Source: Longimicrobiales bacterium
GTDB taxonomy: Bacteria > Gemmatimonadota > Gemmatimonadetes > Longimicrobiales > Gaopeijiaceae
DNA: 64,000 nucleotides
NCBI GenBank assembly: GCA_965219445.1
Contig: CBDCNQ010000002.1
Span: forward strand, 192,001-256,000
Direction of reading: 5' to 3'
In this document: in pieces, positions 29,221 to 39,243 of the stretch
Position numbering within the stretch: the first letter of the stretch is position 1
How the letters are laid out: every line of letters begins with the position of its first letter
Made by a program: the position numbers and the translations under genes
The notes under the pieces: generated by a model
The model's input: only the letters and a program-made list of their open reading frames with translations
The model's database searches: none
What the model was told of the DNA's origin: nothing

Positions 29221-29664
29221 GAGGGAGCGACCCCCCGATTTGGGATGCCTCGATCGGCATCGCGGAGGATTGGCATGTGCACGCCCATGCCACCCTCCGC
29301 CGGGGGGTCGCTCCCTACCATTGATCCCTGCGGGAAGGCGGTTGGCCGCCGCTTCGACGGCGGCGATTCATCCGCGCGACGACCGCTCGTCCGTCGAGCC
29401 GAGGAGCATCGGGCGGCGCCCGCGGCACCGTTCCCGGGCACGGCACGGGAAAACGGGCCGACAACAACGGACGCCGGGACGAGCGGGCTGGACGGTCCTT
29501 GGCATTCCCTCGCGCAGTAGTCCGTCTTCTCGAAGCGGCGGTCGATGGCCTTCCTGCAAGGACTGCTGGCTGGGAGCGACCCCGCAGCGGAGGGGACGAT
29601 GGGGATGCACATCGCCATCCTCCCCGATGCCGATCGAGGCATGCCGAGATGGGGGGTCGCTCCC
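29221..29664. repeat. Pair of inverted ~93-bp units (29223-29315, 29572-29664), each bounded by GGGAGCGACCCC...GGGGTCGCTCCC
   Basis: Read directly; partial copies at about 6275-6310 and 35849-35884; GATCGGCATCG also at 29685 and 29815. Confidence 0.8.
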
Positions 29665-29971
29665 ATCCACGGCCAAGGAACGCGGATCGGCATCGGCGTT
29701 CCGCTGGCCGTGGTGCAACCGCAAGCGCGCAAGCGACATGGGGCGGCGGCGGCGTGTCCCATCGCAGGCGCGATTTCGTGTCCGGCCACCCCCAAAGTGC
29801 CATGGGCACTCGTGGATCGGCATCGGGCGCACCGATTCGGGTCCGGGCCAACGCCTTCCGAGCGGCTGAACAGGGCGCAGGGCCGGCCGAGCAGCGCCTG
29901 GCGGAGAAGCCCCGCCGACGCGACGTTTCAAACGCGCAGATCGTGCAGTCCATCATCGAAAAAGGAATCGA

Positions 29972-31135
29972 ATGATGGCACGCACGAAACGAGTTCGGCG
30001 CAGCTATGGCGCCGGCGAATGGGGCCGGAACCGGGTGAGGGTCTTTCCCGATCCCAAGACCGGCTTGTTCCAGATCGAGTGGCGCGAGAACGGGCGCAGG
30101 CTCACGAGGTCGCTGAAGCACCGCGACTGGAGGTCGGCGAAGCGGCAGGCCGACGAGTTCGCCGCGGGCTTCGCCGGGCCGGAGCTGAACGGCAAGAAGA
30201 ACGCCGAGCCCGAGCCGCTCACGCTGAAGACGCTTTTTGACATCTACGGTGAAGAGGTGACGCCCACCAAGGCCGAGGGGACACAGCAGAGCGACAGGAC
30301 CGCGACCGGGATGTTCCTCCAGTTCTTCGGCAGGGACCGCGACCCGTCCACACTCTCCCAGCGCGACTGGGACCGGTTCATCCGGGAGCGGCGCGCGGGA
30401 AGGATCGGCATCTCGGGCAAGCCCGTGTCCAATCGGACGATCGAATGGGACCTGACGTTCCTGATGGCCGTGCTCAACTGGGCGGCGAGGTCGAGGGACG
30501 AGCGGGGCCGCCTGCTCCTTGACCGGAACCCGCTGAAGGGCCTCAGGAAGCCTATGGAGAAGAACCCCACCCGGGTCGTCCTCACCGAACAGGAGTACCA
30601 GGCGTTGTTGAGGGTGTCCCGGGAGGTGGACTGGCGGTTCCATGTCGCGCTCGTGCTCGCGCACGAGACCGGGCACCGCATCGGTGCCATCCGCAAGCTC
30701 CGGTGGTCCGATATCGACTCCGAGGGCGAAGCGGTGCGGTGGCGGGCGAAGCACGAGAAGACGGGCTACGAGCACACCACGCCCGTGACCGACGAGGCGT
30801 TGGCCGCTTTGGAGGAAGCGCGAGCGATGAGCGCCGGGACCGGGGACGGGCCGGTGCTGCCCGCCCCGACGGATGCCTCGCGGTGCGTGGGCCGGTCGCT
30901 GCCGAGCTTCTGGTGGCAGAGAGCCCAGAAGCTCGCGGCGCTGGAACCGAAGCGGGGCCGAGGCTGGCACTCGCTGAGGCGGAAATTCGCGTCCGACCTC
31001 ATGGACCAGCCGCTCAAGGTGCTGTGCGAACTCGGCGGCTGGAAGACGGCCAAGACCGTCCTCCAGTGCTATCAGAGAGCCGACGAGGGACAGCTGAGGC
31101 AGGCGCTCGCGGACCGCCGGAGAGTTCGGGCCTGA
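29972..31135 (+). CDS. Intact tyrosine recombinase/integrase (387 aa)
   Basis: ETGHRIGAIR, HEKTG, GWHSLRRKFA, LGGWK..QCYQ; preceded by the tail of an HTH/xis-like gene (AQIVQSIIEKGIE*, ATGA overlap). Confidence 0.92.
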   Translation: MMARTKRVRRSYGAGEWGRNRVRVFPDPKTGLFQIEWRENGRRLTRSLKHRDWRSAKRQADEFAAGFAGPELNGKKNAEPEPLTLKTLFDIYGEEVTPTKAEGTQQSDRTATGMFLQFFGRDRDPSTLSQRDWDRFIRERRAGRIGISGKPVSNRTIEWDLTFLMAVLNWAARSRDERGRLLLDRNPLKGLRKPMEKNPTRVVLTEQEYQALLRVSREVDWRFHVALVLAHETGHRIGAIRKLRWSDIDSEGEAVRWRAKHEKTGYEHTTPVTDEALAALEEARAMSAGTGDGPVLPAPTDASRCVGRSLPSFWWQRAQKLAALEPKRGRGWHSLRRKFASDLMDQPLKVLCELGGWKTAKTVLQCYQRADEGQLRQALADRRRVRA

Positions 31136-31736
31136 TTCCCAATCGGCGGGAATCAATCGGCGGGAATGGCGTCGGCCGAATCCGTAAGTTCAATGATAAC
31201 AACAGATCCGCACGGGAATGCGCATGCTCGCCCAGCGTGCGAGCCGTGTCCGGTCGCGCCCGATGGATCCTGGCCAGGCGGCTCCGCAGCGACCGCGTCA
31301 CCACCTGCGGCCTCGTGGCGATAGGCGGCGTGCTCCGCCGGGCGTGGGCACGAGCTGCGCCGGTGACGCTGAGGCGGTCCGCGGGGATCGCACCGGCGAC
31401 GCGGTTCGCGACGGCGGCACCCACCGCTCGCTGCCCCGGCAGCGGCGCGGGAAGTTGGGGGACAGGGGCCGGATCCCGGCGCTCGGGGCCGTAGAATCGT
31501 TTCTAGGCGCATTGGGGCCGCCACCCACAACCCCCCCGGGGGTTAGGGGTTCGCCACGCGCAGGCGGTCCCTCACCGCGAAGGCGACGGCTATCACCGCG
31601 CTCCGCCGCCGCCGCCGTTCACTCAACTCGGCAGCATCGTCAAGCGTCCACGTGAGCGTAGGGACGCCCGCGAACGTAGGCAGCAGTCGAAGGTTGAAGA
31701 ACTGGCAGCGAAAAAAAGCCGCCGCGCTTCGAGAGA

Positions 31737-32156
31737 TCATGCCATATCGGCCAAAGTCTCCCGAACTAATGCTACATCTTCCTCGAATCGATGGTCTTTA
31801 CCATCACCGGATAACCCAATCACTCGATATGTCCGGAGATCGGGTGCCAGGCGATTGAATACAAACCGACACTGATTAACGCATTGCCTAGTTTTTTTGT
31901 TCTTCAAATTCGGCTTCATCAGTACCAGTAACTTCTTGGGGCAGGGGTGCATCAATAGATCAACAATGGCTGCCCGAACCTGTTTCTCGTTTCTCGCTTC
32001 GACTTCAATTGCTATATCGTTTATCACGCCATCTATATTTGCATTTCCATCGCCCAAATTAGCCACAACCTTGGGGCCATCGGTGTATAATTCAGGACCG
32101 CCTGCTTCTCTTAATACTTTTTTTCCGTATCCATCATGGTCTGCACGTTCATTCAT
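31737..32156 (-). CDS. Low-GC hypothetical protein, possible PD-(D/E)XK fold
   Basis: ANIDGVINDIAIEVEAR motif; visibly AT-rich relative to the flanks. Confidence 0.55.
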   Translation of the reverse strand: MNERADHDGYGKKVLREAGGPELYTDGPKVVANLGDGNANIDGVINDIAIEVEARNEKQVRAAIVDLLMHPCPKKLLVLMKPNLKNKKTRQCVNQCRFVFNRLAPDLRTYRVIGLSGDGKDHRFEEDVALVRETLADMA

Positions 32157-32292
32157 TTTACTATCCTAGCGTAGGTCGACTTTGTGTATAACGTCGTTGC
32201 TAAGGTCGATGCCCATCTGTGCGCTCGACGATAGCATATACCGGACGCGTTACCAGAGCCCCCCCCCCCGCCACACCACGACCGAACGGTTA

Positions 32293-32420
32293 GGTTTTTG
32301 TCCTAAAGCCAACGGGTAACACGATTTACGATCTTCGGACACACCACGTGATACACGTCTCTCGCAGGGTGTTGCCAAGCCGTTGTCCCATAGGGACTTG
32401 CGAAGACTGATCCCGGCTTC
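32293..32420. repeat. Island right-end (attR-arm) sequence, copy 2
   Basis: Homologous to 28464-28590; ends at the split integrase junction. Confidence 0.85.
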
Positions 32421-32935
32421 ACGGCCCAGTTGAGGACCGCGAGCAGGAACTTCAAGTCCCGTTCGATCGTCCGGTCGGACACGGGTTTGCCGCTCGGGCC
32501 GACCCTGCCCGCCCGGCGCGCCCGGATGAAACGGTCCCAGTCGCGCTGGGAGAGCGTTGCGGGCTTCCGGTCCCTGCCGAAGCACCCGAGGAACATCCCC
32601 GTCGCGGCCCTGTCGTGCCGCCGCGACTGTTCACACTTGGTGGGCGTCACCTCTTCACCGTAGATGTCAAAAAGCGTCTCCAGGGTGAGCGGCTCGGACT
32701 CGGCTTCGGCCTTGCGGTGGAGCTCCGGCCCGAGGTAGCCAGCGGCGAACTCGTCCGCCTGCCGCTTCGCCCGTCTCCAGTCGCGGTGCTTCAGCGACCT
32801 TGTGAGCCTGCGCCCGTTGTCGCGCCACTCGATCTGGAACAGGCCGGTCTTGGGATCGGGAAAGACCCGTACCCGGTTCCGGCCCCATTCGCCGGCGCCG
32901 TAGGAGCGCCGGATAGGTTTCGTGCGTGCCATCAT
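32417..32935 (-). pseudogene. N-terminal half (173 codons) of the integrase whose C-half is at 14391-15035
   Basis: MMARTKPIRRSYGAGEWGRNRVR...LLAVLNWAVK, collinear with residues 1-173 of 29972-31135. Confidence 0.9.
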
Positions 32936-33378
32936 TCGATTCCTCCCTCGATGATGGACTGCACGATCTGCGCGTTGGGAACTTCGCCTCGGCGATGCTT
33001 TTCCACCAGTAGCGGTGTGGCTGGCGCCTGGGTCTTCCGTGGCAGGATCGAGCGGGCGATCCTGGGTGCACCGGGCCTTCCGGCGTTGGGGATCCTGCCG
33101 TCGCGCACGAGGCGGCCGAGATGGTCAGCGGAGTAGCCGCTCTCCCTGGCTGCCTCCGTCAGCGAGAGGGTGGTCTCGTCCCTCTCCCGGAGCGTGGTCT
33201 CGAGCTCGGCCGCGCAGCTTTCGAGCGCCACGGCCGGAGTGTCGCCCCCGTACCGGCGGAGCGCCTTGGCCTGCGTCCGCCAGGTGGCTGGCAGGGTCTC
33301 GACGGACGCGCCGCGAGGTGTGCGCGCACGTTTGGGTCGATCTCGTCGGCCCGCCGCCCGCCCGGTCTCCGCTTTCAT
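32932..33378 (-). CDS. Excisionase-like HTH protein coupled to the split integrase
   Basis: LSLTEAARESGYSADHLGRLVRDGRIPN; ATGA overlap. Confidence 0.7.
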   Translation of the reverse strand: MKAETGRAAGRRDRPKRARTPRGASVETLPATWRTQAKALRRYGGDTPAVALESCAAELETTLRERDETTLSLTEAARESGYSADHLGRLVRDGRIPNAGRPGAPRIARSILPRKTQAPATPLLVEKHRRGEVPNAQIVQSIIEGGIE

Positions 33379-33638
33379 TCCCAGTCGCCCTCGGCGTCCC
33401 TGCGGAGCGCGTCGGTGAGGGCCGGATCCCCGTCGCCGCGCCGAACGGAGCGCTCGACGAGATCGACGCATCTATTGACGTTCAGTAGCGCTCCATAAAA
33501 GCCCAATAACACCTGATATACAAAGAGTTAGGAGATTTCCATACTCCAGAGAGACCCCGTTACACCCCTTGACAGCCGGTAGTTTTATGGGGCACTATTT
33601 CGGGGCAGACTACCGTATCCCTCACACGGTGCCCCAAC

Positions 33639-33920
33639 ATGCCACTGACCGACACGGCCATCCGGAAGGCCAAGCCCCGCGAGAAGCCGCGCAAGATCTA
33701 CGACAGCCGCGGCCTGTACCTCGAGATCGCCCCGCGCGGCACCAAGGCCTGGCGCTTCAAGTACCGCTTCGCCGAGAAGGAGAAGCGGATCTCCATGGGC
33801 ATCTATCCCGAGGTCTCGCTGAAGCTCGCGCGGGAGCGGAGGGACGAGGCCCGCAAGCTTCTGGCCCGGGAGATCGACCCGAGCGCCTACCGGAAGGCAC
33901 GCAAGCAGTCGAAGCGGCAG
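33639..33920 (+). pseudogene. Arm-binding domain of a P4-type integrase, 3'-truncated
   Basis: MPLTDTAIRKAKPREKPRKIYDSRGLYLEIAPRGTKAWRFKYRF..SMGIYPEVSLKLAR..IDPS. Confidence 0.88.
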
Positions 33921-34079
33921 TGGGCCATCAACAAACTGCCCTCCCGCAAGGTTCGCTCCTTCGCCATCTCCCCGGCAGCTCCCTGATTTGCGTCGACATC
34001 GGCGGAATGCGGACTCGCCCGACTGCCTATACGTAGACCGGGGCGAGATGGCGCTCAGTGAGGTTGGGTAGGTGTAACC

Positions 34080-35440
34080 GATGGAGTGGACGCCCCCTCC
34101 CGACGGCATCGCAATGTGCCAAGATGGTGTTGAGTGATTGCGACCTTGAGAGGTCTGACCATCTGAGGGAGGAGGCATCCAATGGAGGAGGTTATCATCA
34201 TCGCGATCGATTTGGCAAAGAACAGCTTCCAGGTACATGGGGCGAGGGGCGACGGGTTGGTGGCATATCGCAAGAAGCTGAGCCGGGGGAAGTTGCTGAG
34301 TTTTCTTGCCTCGCAGCCGCGCTGTGTGGTGGCGATGGAAGCGTGCGCCGGCGCCCACTACTGGGCCCGGGAGATCATGATGCTCGGTCACGAGACGAGG
34401 CTGGTGCCACCGATCTACGTGAAGCCGTTCGTCAAGAGGCACAAAAACGACGCGGCGGACGCAGAGGCGATCTCGGAAGCGGTGCAGCGTCCGACCATGC
34501 ACTTCGTGGCGGTGAAGACAGAAGCGCAGCAGGCGCAGGGGATGCTCTTTCGCACGCGTGACCTTCTGGTGCGCCAGCGCACCCAAACGATAAACGCGCT
34601 TCGGGGCCACCTGGCGGAGTTCGGTGTCGTGGCTCCACAGGGCACTGCCGCGGTGAGGCGGCTGGCCGGTGTGCTCGAGGACGGGGACTCTGCGCTGCCG
34701 GGGGCGGTCCTTGAGCTGGGCAGGCTACTGCTCGAGCGGATCGATGAGCTCGATGAGAAGATCTACGGACTGGACAAGAAGCTCCGGGCGAGCGCACGGG
34801 AGGATGAAGAGACGGCGCGGCTGATGACGATCCCGGGAATCGGACCGATCACCGCGCTGGCCATCCAGGCCTTCGCGCCACCGATGGAGAGCTTCCGGCG
34901 TGGGCGCGACTTCTCGGCTTGGCTTGGCCTCGTGCCGCGGCAGCACACGACCGGGGGCAAGCCGAGGCTTGGCAGAATATCGAAGATGGGTCAGCGCGAT
35001 CTCAGGCGGCTCCTGATCACGGGCGCCATGACGATTGTCCACCACGCGATCCGACGCGGCGAGACGACGGATCCGTGGCTAGCCAGGATGTTGGCACGCA
35101 AGCCCAGGATGCTGGTCGCGGTAGCGCTGGCGAACAGGATGGCGCGCATTGTCTGGGCGCTTACGACGAAGAAGGAGATCTATCGGGCTCACGCTGCCGC
35201 CGCCTGACCGGGCGAAAGGAGGGAAGCCGAGAGGAGGACAGCTGTTGGGGATGTGAGCAGGTCGGAGGACAGGTAAGGGCAAACGGTCAATGAGACGGGG
35301 TCGAGAAAACCAGCAACCGAACGGAGAGCACCGAAGCTCGCGTAACCGATATGGACTCGGCCCGCGTATCTCCATACAGGCCAGCGGCCAACTGAGTTGC
35401 CGCACCAACAGGCCGGATAGACGACAGCACCTGACCACAT
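34080..35440 (+). mobile_element. IS110-family (IS1111-like) element; right end apparently truncated
   Basis: Sub-terminal GTGGACGCCCC at 34086; transposase; about 230-nt 3' non-coding region; no matching GGGGCGTCCAC seen before the junction at about 35443. Confidence 0.8.
34182..35207 (+). CDS. IS110-family DEDD recombinase/transposase
   Basis: IAIDLAK, AMEAC, KNDAADAEAI, TIPGIGPITA, AWLGLVPRQHTTGGK, VAVALANRMAR. Confidence 0.95.
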   Translation: MEEVIIIAIDLAKNSFQVHGARGDGLVAYRKKLSRGKLLSFLASQPRCVVAMEACAGAHYWAREIMMLGHETRLVPPIYVKPFVKRHKNDAADAEAISEAVQRPTMHFVAVKTEAQQAQGMLFRTRDLLVRQRTQTINALRGHLAEFGVVAPQGTAAVRRLAGVLEDGDSALPGAVLELGRLLLERIDELDEKIYGLDKKLRASAREDEETARLMTIPGIGPITALAIQAFAPPMESFRRGRDFSAWLGLVPRQHTTGGKPRLGRISKMGQRDLRRLLITGAMTIVHHAIRRGETTDPWLARMLARKPRMLVAVALANRMARIVWALTTKKEIYRAHAAAA

Positions 35441-35795
35441 GCACATCGGCTGGTTCAAGCCCGACAGCGGCCTGAAGGACATGATGGCCCGGGTGGCCCA
35501 TGCTCACCGACTGTCCCGCCACGGCATGACCGAACGATTACCCTCCCGCCCTCCCGCAAGGTTCGCTCCTTCGCCGCCTCCGGGAACCTCCGTTACGGCC
35601 CACTGGATTCCCGTTCGGAAAAGGAGATACAAAGAGGGGATGATAGGCATATGATAGGCTCTAACAATAGTAATGCCAATCACTTATAAAACTATCGTCG
35701 TATCCGAGTACATGAGACATCGGGGTGCATGTGCACCGACACGCCATTTTCATGTGCGCGCCAGCGCTCCCTTATGTGGCTGCCTGTCTTGCAGT

Positions 35796-36693
35796 TGCGG
35801 CACGGCCGCCGGAGCTGCGACGCCGCTCCGGAGCTTTCGGCCGTAGAAGGGAGCGACCCCCCCTTTGGGGATGCCTCGATCGGGGAAGCGGCTGGCGCTG
35901 GGCGTCTACGTCTTTTTCGCTGGCTCGACGATGATTCGCCCGCGCCCGCGTTTGACCACATAGCCGCCAGAACGAATCGCAAGCTTGCCTTGCTCAACAA
36001 GGGACCAAAGACTTTCGGCGATCAACTCGGCGTTCCGGTCGCTCGCCCTTGCGGTTGCTGGCCGGGAGAGCCACTCGGCGAACGCCCGCTCGCCGATATC
36101 TTCGCCGACGGACTTGCGAAGTGCGTTCAGCTTGCGGAGGTGGCCCTTCGTTAGAGCACTCTCATCAATGTCCCTCGAGGATGTCTGCGGCATAGCTCTC
36201 CCTTCCGCGATACTTATGTGCTGAGACCGTGGTGTGATTATAGCAGACTAGGGCCTTCGTCAACCTCCTCCCGCCGATGAGGTCTCCACGGCGGCTCTCC
36301 TTGAGGGGAGCTATTGATCTTCGATCCCTGTAAGCAGGTCCGCTTGGATGCGGCGAATCTTCCTGACCACCTGGCAGACCTGACGAGCGGCCTCGGGGGT
36401 CTCGGCATAGTAGTTCGCGTGGGCGAGGTGATCGCGCAGATCACGGATATCATTGAAGCCGCGCTTTACTGTGGTGGACGACACCGAGCGCAAGTGCTTG
36501 ATCTTCGGCTCCAGCGGGTGGGTACGTAGTCGTCAAAGATGGCAATCGGGTGGCCGACGTGTCCGTCAGGGTCCGCTAGGGTCGTTTGGAATCCAGTTCC
36601 TAAAAATGGGTATGAAAAGGGGACAACCAAAGAGATAGCATATGTATATCGTGGTATCACAGTAACTTATCAGATCCATCATGATTCTTGCCG
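35796..36693. repeat. 898-bp direct repeat, copy B
   Basis: Near-identical to 6222-7119. Confidence 0.95.
35906..36193 (-). CDS. Hypothetical 95-aa protein, duplicate of 6332-6619
   Basis: Identical translation. Confidence 0.65.
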   Translation of the reverse strand: MPQTSSRDIDESALTKGHLRKLNALRKSVGEDIGERAFAEWLSRPATARASDRNAELIAESLWSLVEQGKLAIRSGGYVVKRGRGRIIVEPAKKT

Positions 36694-36706
36694 CGAATCA
36701 CGCCAC

Positions 36707-37711
36707 CGGTACTCTGCCGGGAAGGCGGCTCGCCCGCCGACGTGATGGGCCGCTACCGGCGCAGGAGTGAAGAAGTGGACGAGATGATGGTGGAGGCCTA
36801 CGTGAGCGGTGTGTCGCAGCGCAAGATGGGCGACGTGACTGAAGCACTGCTGGGTGAGCGCGTGGGACGCTCGACGGTAAGGCTGGTCGCGAAGCGGCTC
36901 GATGGGGCTGTAGAAGCGCTGCGGAGCGCACCCATCGAGGGGCCTCACCCCTATCTGTATCTGGACGCGACGTTCCTCGATGCGCGCTGAGCCAGGAAGG
37001 TCGAGAACGTGAGCGCGCTCGTGGCCTACGCGGTGGATCCGGACGGTCACCGCCGGCTCCTGGCCATCACGCTAGGCCCTGAGGAGTCAGAGGACAGTTG
37101 GTCGGAGCTCCTCGAGCAGCTCCTGGAGCGAGGTCTCAGCGGCGTCGAACTGGTGATCGCCGACGAGCACGCGGGCCTGGCAGCTGCGCTGCGCCGCTTC
37201 CTGCCTGAGGTGCGCCGTCAGCGCTGCACCGTGCACCTGCAACGCAACGTGCTGGCCAAGGTCCCGCATCGCCTGCGCAAGCGTGTGGCGCGCGAGGTTG
37301 CCGCCGTCTTCCGGGCCCCCGGGCTCGCTAAGGCGAAGAAGCGCCTGGCCGAGATCACGGCGCGCTGGCACAACGAACTCCCCGAGGCAATGAGGGTGCT
37401 CGAGCGGGGCTTCACGGCCGCCACCCAGTTCTACGCGTTTCCCGAGCCCCACTGGGCCAGGCTACGCACCACGAACAGCCTCGAGCGCCTGCACACCGAG
37501 ATCAAGCGTCGAATCCGGAGCGCCGGCGCCTTCCCCGACCGAGCCAGTGCACTCCGCCTCATCACCGCGGTTGCTCTGAGGACTACTGCGGTCTGGAGCG
37601 AGCGCCGTTACCTGGACCTCTCACTCCTCGAGCCCAAGGAGGTCGCCAAGGCAGCCTAACCGAGCATCGAGGAGCTTCCCCTCACTTTTACACACAACTC
37701 GGGACTTGACC
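36707..37711 (+). mobile_element. IS256-family element, 5'-truncated copy with a nonsense codon (TGG to TGA at 36988-36990)
   Basis: Nearly identical to the inverted copy at 53136-54529; right end TTTTACACACAACTCGGGACTTGACC. Confidence 0.92.
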
Positions 37712-38181
37712 CCTGAAACTTCTTGGGTGTCCAGCATACGGACCTCCCCGACGAACGCCAGATAGGGATTCACCAACCAACGACCGAGCGGTTGTCCCTC
37801 ACCCCTGACCGAAGACGTTGTCATCGTGATACCGTCTATGGTGTATTCTGGGAACGGCGCCGGTGGTCGCACGGTGACAGAGAAGGTGATCGAACCGGCT
37901 CCCTGGGCTTTGGTCCGGTAGTCATACAGCCCATCCCCGTCCGTCGTCACTCGTACCTCGGGCTCAACGGGCAGGATACCCGCTGTACGACGGAAGACCA
38001 GCTCTACCCCAGCGACACCCTCCCCGGAGCGAAATTCGATGACTTGACCAGTGGCGCTGACGTCGAGCGACCCGTCACAGGCAACCGTTCCAAAGCAGGG
38101 GTCACACGCGGCCGCCAGCATGCCATAGAGCAGAACCAGGATGTATCTGGCCGTGCGCTCCGCCTCTCCCCCTCCGATCAC
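37712..38181 (-). pseudogene. N-terminal part of a putative lipoprotein with carboxypeptidase-regulatory-like repeats, split by IS256; C-part at 54530-54788
   Basis: LAAAC lipobox; ORF runs into the IS end after MLDTQEVSG. Confidence 0.7.
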
Positions 38182-39089
38182 CGCTCCACCATGCCCTGGA
38201 TAACCGCAGCGGCACGAGGCCAGTCCCGGCGGGCGCCGTAGCGCATCAGCAAGACGAACCGTGTCACGTAAAAACGTGCCAAGAAAGGGATCCGGACCAG
38301 GGGGCCAAAATGGCGCCTCATGACACGCCTGCGGTTTCTGTCTCTCAGGCGAATCTTGTAGGGAGCGGGATCGTCCTCGAGGCGAGGTGTGTGATGAAGA
38401 GCTTTCGCCCGTGGTTCGAAGAGAATCCGATAGCCGGCACGTCTGAGCCTCACAGAGAGTTCGGCATCTTCCGCATAGGCAAAAAAATCTTCAGCAAAGG
38501 TCCCCACGTCTCGAATCGCCCGAGCCGAGATAAGAAAAACGCATCCGGTGGCGAACGATATCTCCTCAGGCATCGTCACACCTTCGGCGGGGGGTGTGAC
38601 TGTGTGAACACCGAGTCCCCGGAGCGGCCTGAATTCGCCACCCGCGTACCATCCAGTTTCCGGATCATCGTGATACCCGATGAACGGCACCACGATCGCA
38701 ACGTCTTCTCCCGAGTTTGCCGTCTCCACGAGGCGCTCTATGGCACCGGGCAGCACGACAGCATCGTTGTTTACGACGAGAACGTAATCTGCACCGTGAG
38801 CCAGAGCCCACTCCATGCCTCGGTTGTTCGCGACGCCATATCCGAGATTCTGACCCATCTGGAGGTAGGGGATGGCGGGGAAGCGAGCATGCAGCCGGTC
38901 ACCAGAACCGTCCGGAGAGCCGTTGTCCAGGAGTAGAATGCGCAACCTCGAATATTGTGACCGCTCCAGCGACTCGAGGCACTCGGCCGTGAGATCTTCC
39001 GCGGACCAGTTCAAGACGACCGCCACGACACTCGCAGTGCCAGACGGAACAATGGGTTGGGCGGGCAATTGCGTCCCGTTCATAGGCAA
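38178..39089 (-). CDS. Glycosyltransferase family 2 (rhamnosyltransferase-like)
   Basis: VVLNW, LLDNGSPDGS, NLGYG..NNRG, VNNDA, ATGCVFLI, FFAYAEDAELS. Confidence 0.9.
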   Translation of the reverse strand: MPMNGTQLPAQPIVPSGTASVVAVVLNWSAEDLTAECLESLERSQYSRLRILLLDNGSPDGSGDRLHARFPAIPYLQMGQNLGYGVANNRGMEWALAHGADYVLVVNNDAVVLPGAIERLVETANSGEDVAIVVPFIGYHDDPETGWYAGGEFRPLRGLGVHTVTPPAEGVTMPEEISFATGCVFLISARAIRDVGTFAEDFFAYAEDAELSVRLRRAGYRILFEPRAKALHHTPRLEDDPAPYKIRLRDRNRRRVMRRHFGPLVRIPFLARFYVTRFVLLMRYGARRDWPRAAAVIQGMVER

Positions 39090-39243
39090 CTACTTTTGAC
39101 GACCCTTGTGATCTCAGCGAGTAATCTCCTCCGGCTCAAAAAGACCCTTGCCCAGAGCGCTTTCGTGAAAAATATACGGCGGGCGCTAGGGATCCGAAAC
39201 ACTCCGCTGTTCGGCTGTAGACTCGACCAATCCGAGACTCTCC

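Larger units (their letters stand above)
15036..32434. mobile_element. 17.4-kb integrative (probably mobilisable) island inserted inside a tyrosine integrase gene; internally mosaic
   Basis: Direct repeat CTTCACGGCC(A/C)AGTT(C/G)AG at 15036-15053 and 32417-32434; P4-type integrase next to the left end; GTGATACAC and TAGGACA motifs at both ends; flanks rejoin in frame. Confidence 0.8.

Noticed and set aside
29315..31156. 613-aa minus-strand ORF and similar long antisense ORFs (3632-4993, 28553-29869, 773-1531)
   Set aside because: Shadow frames of real genes in GC-rich DNA; low-complexity Arg/Pro/Gly content and no motifs
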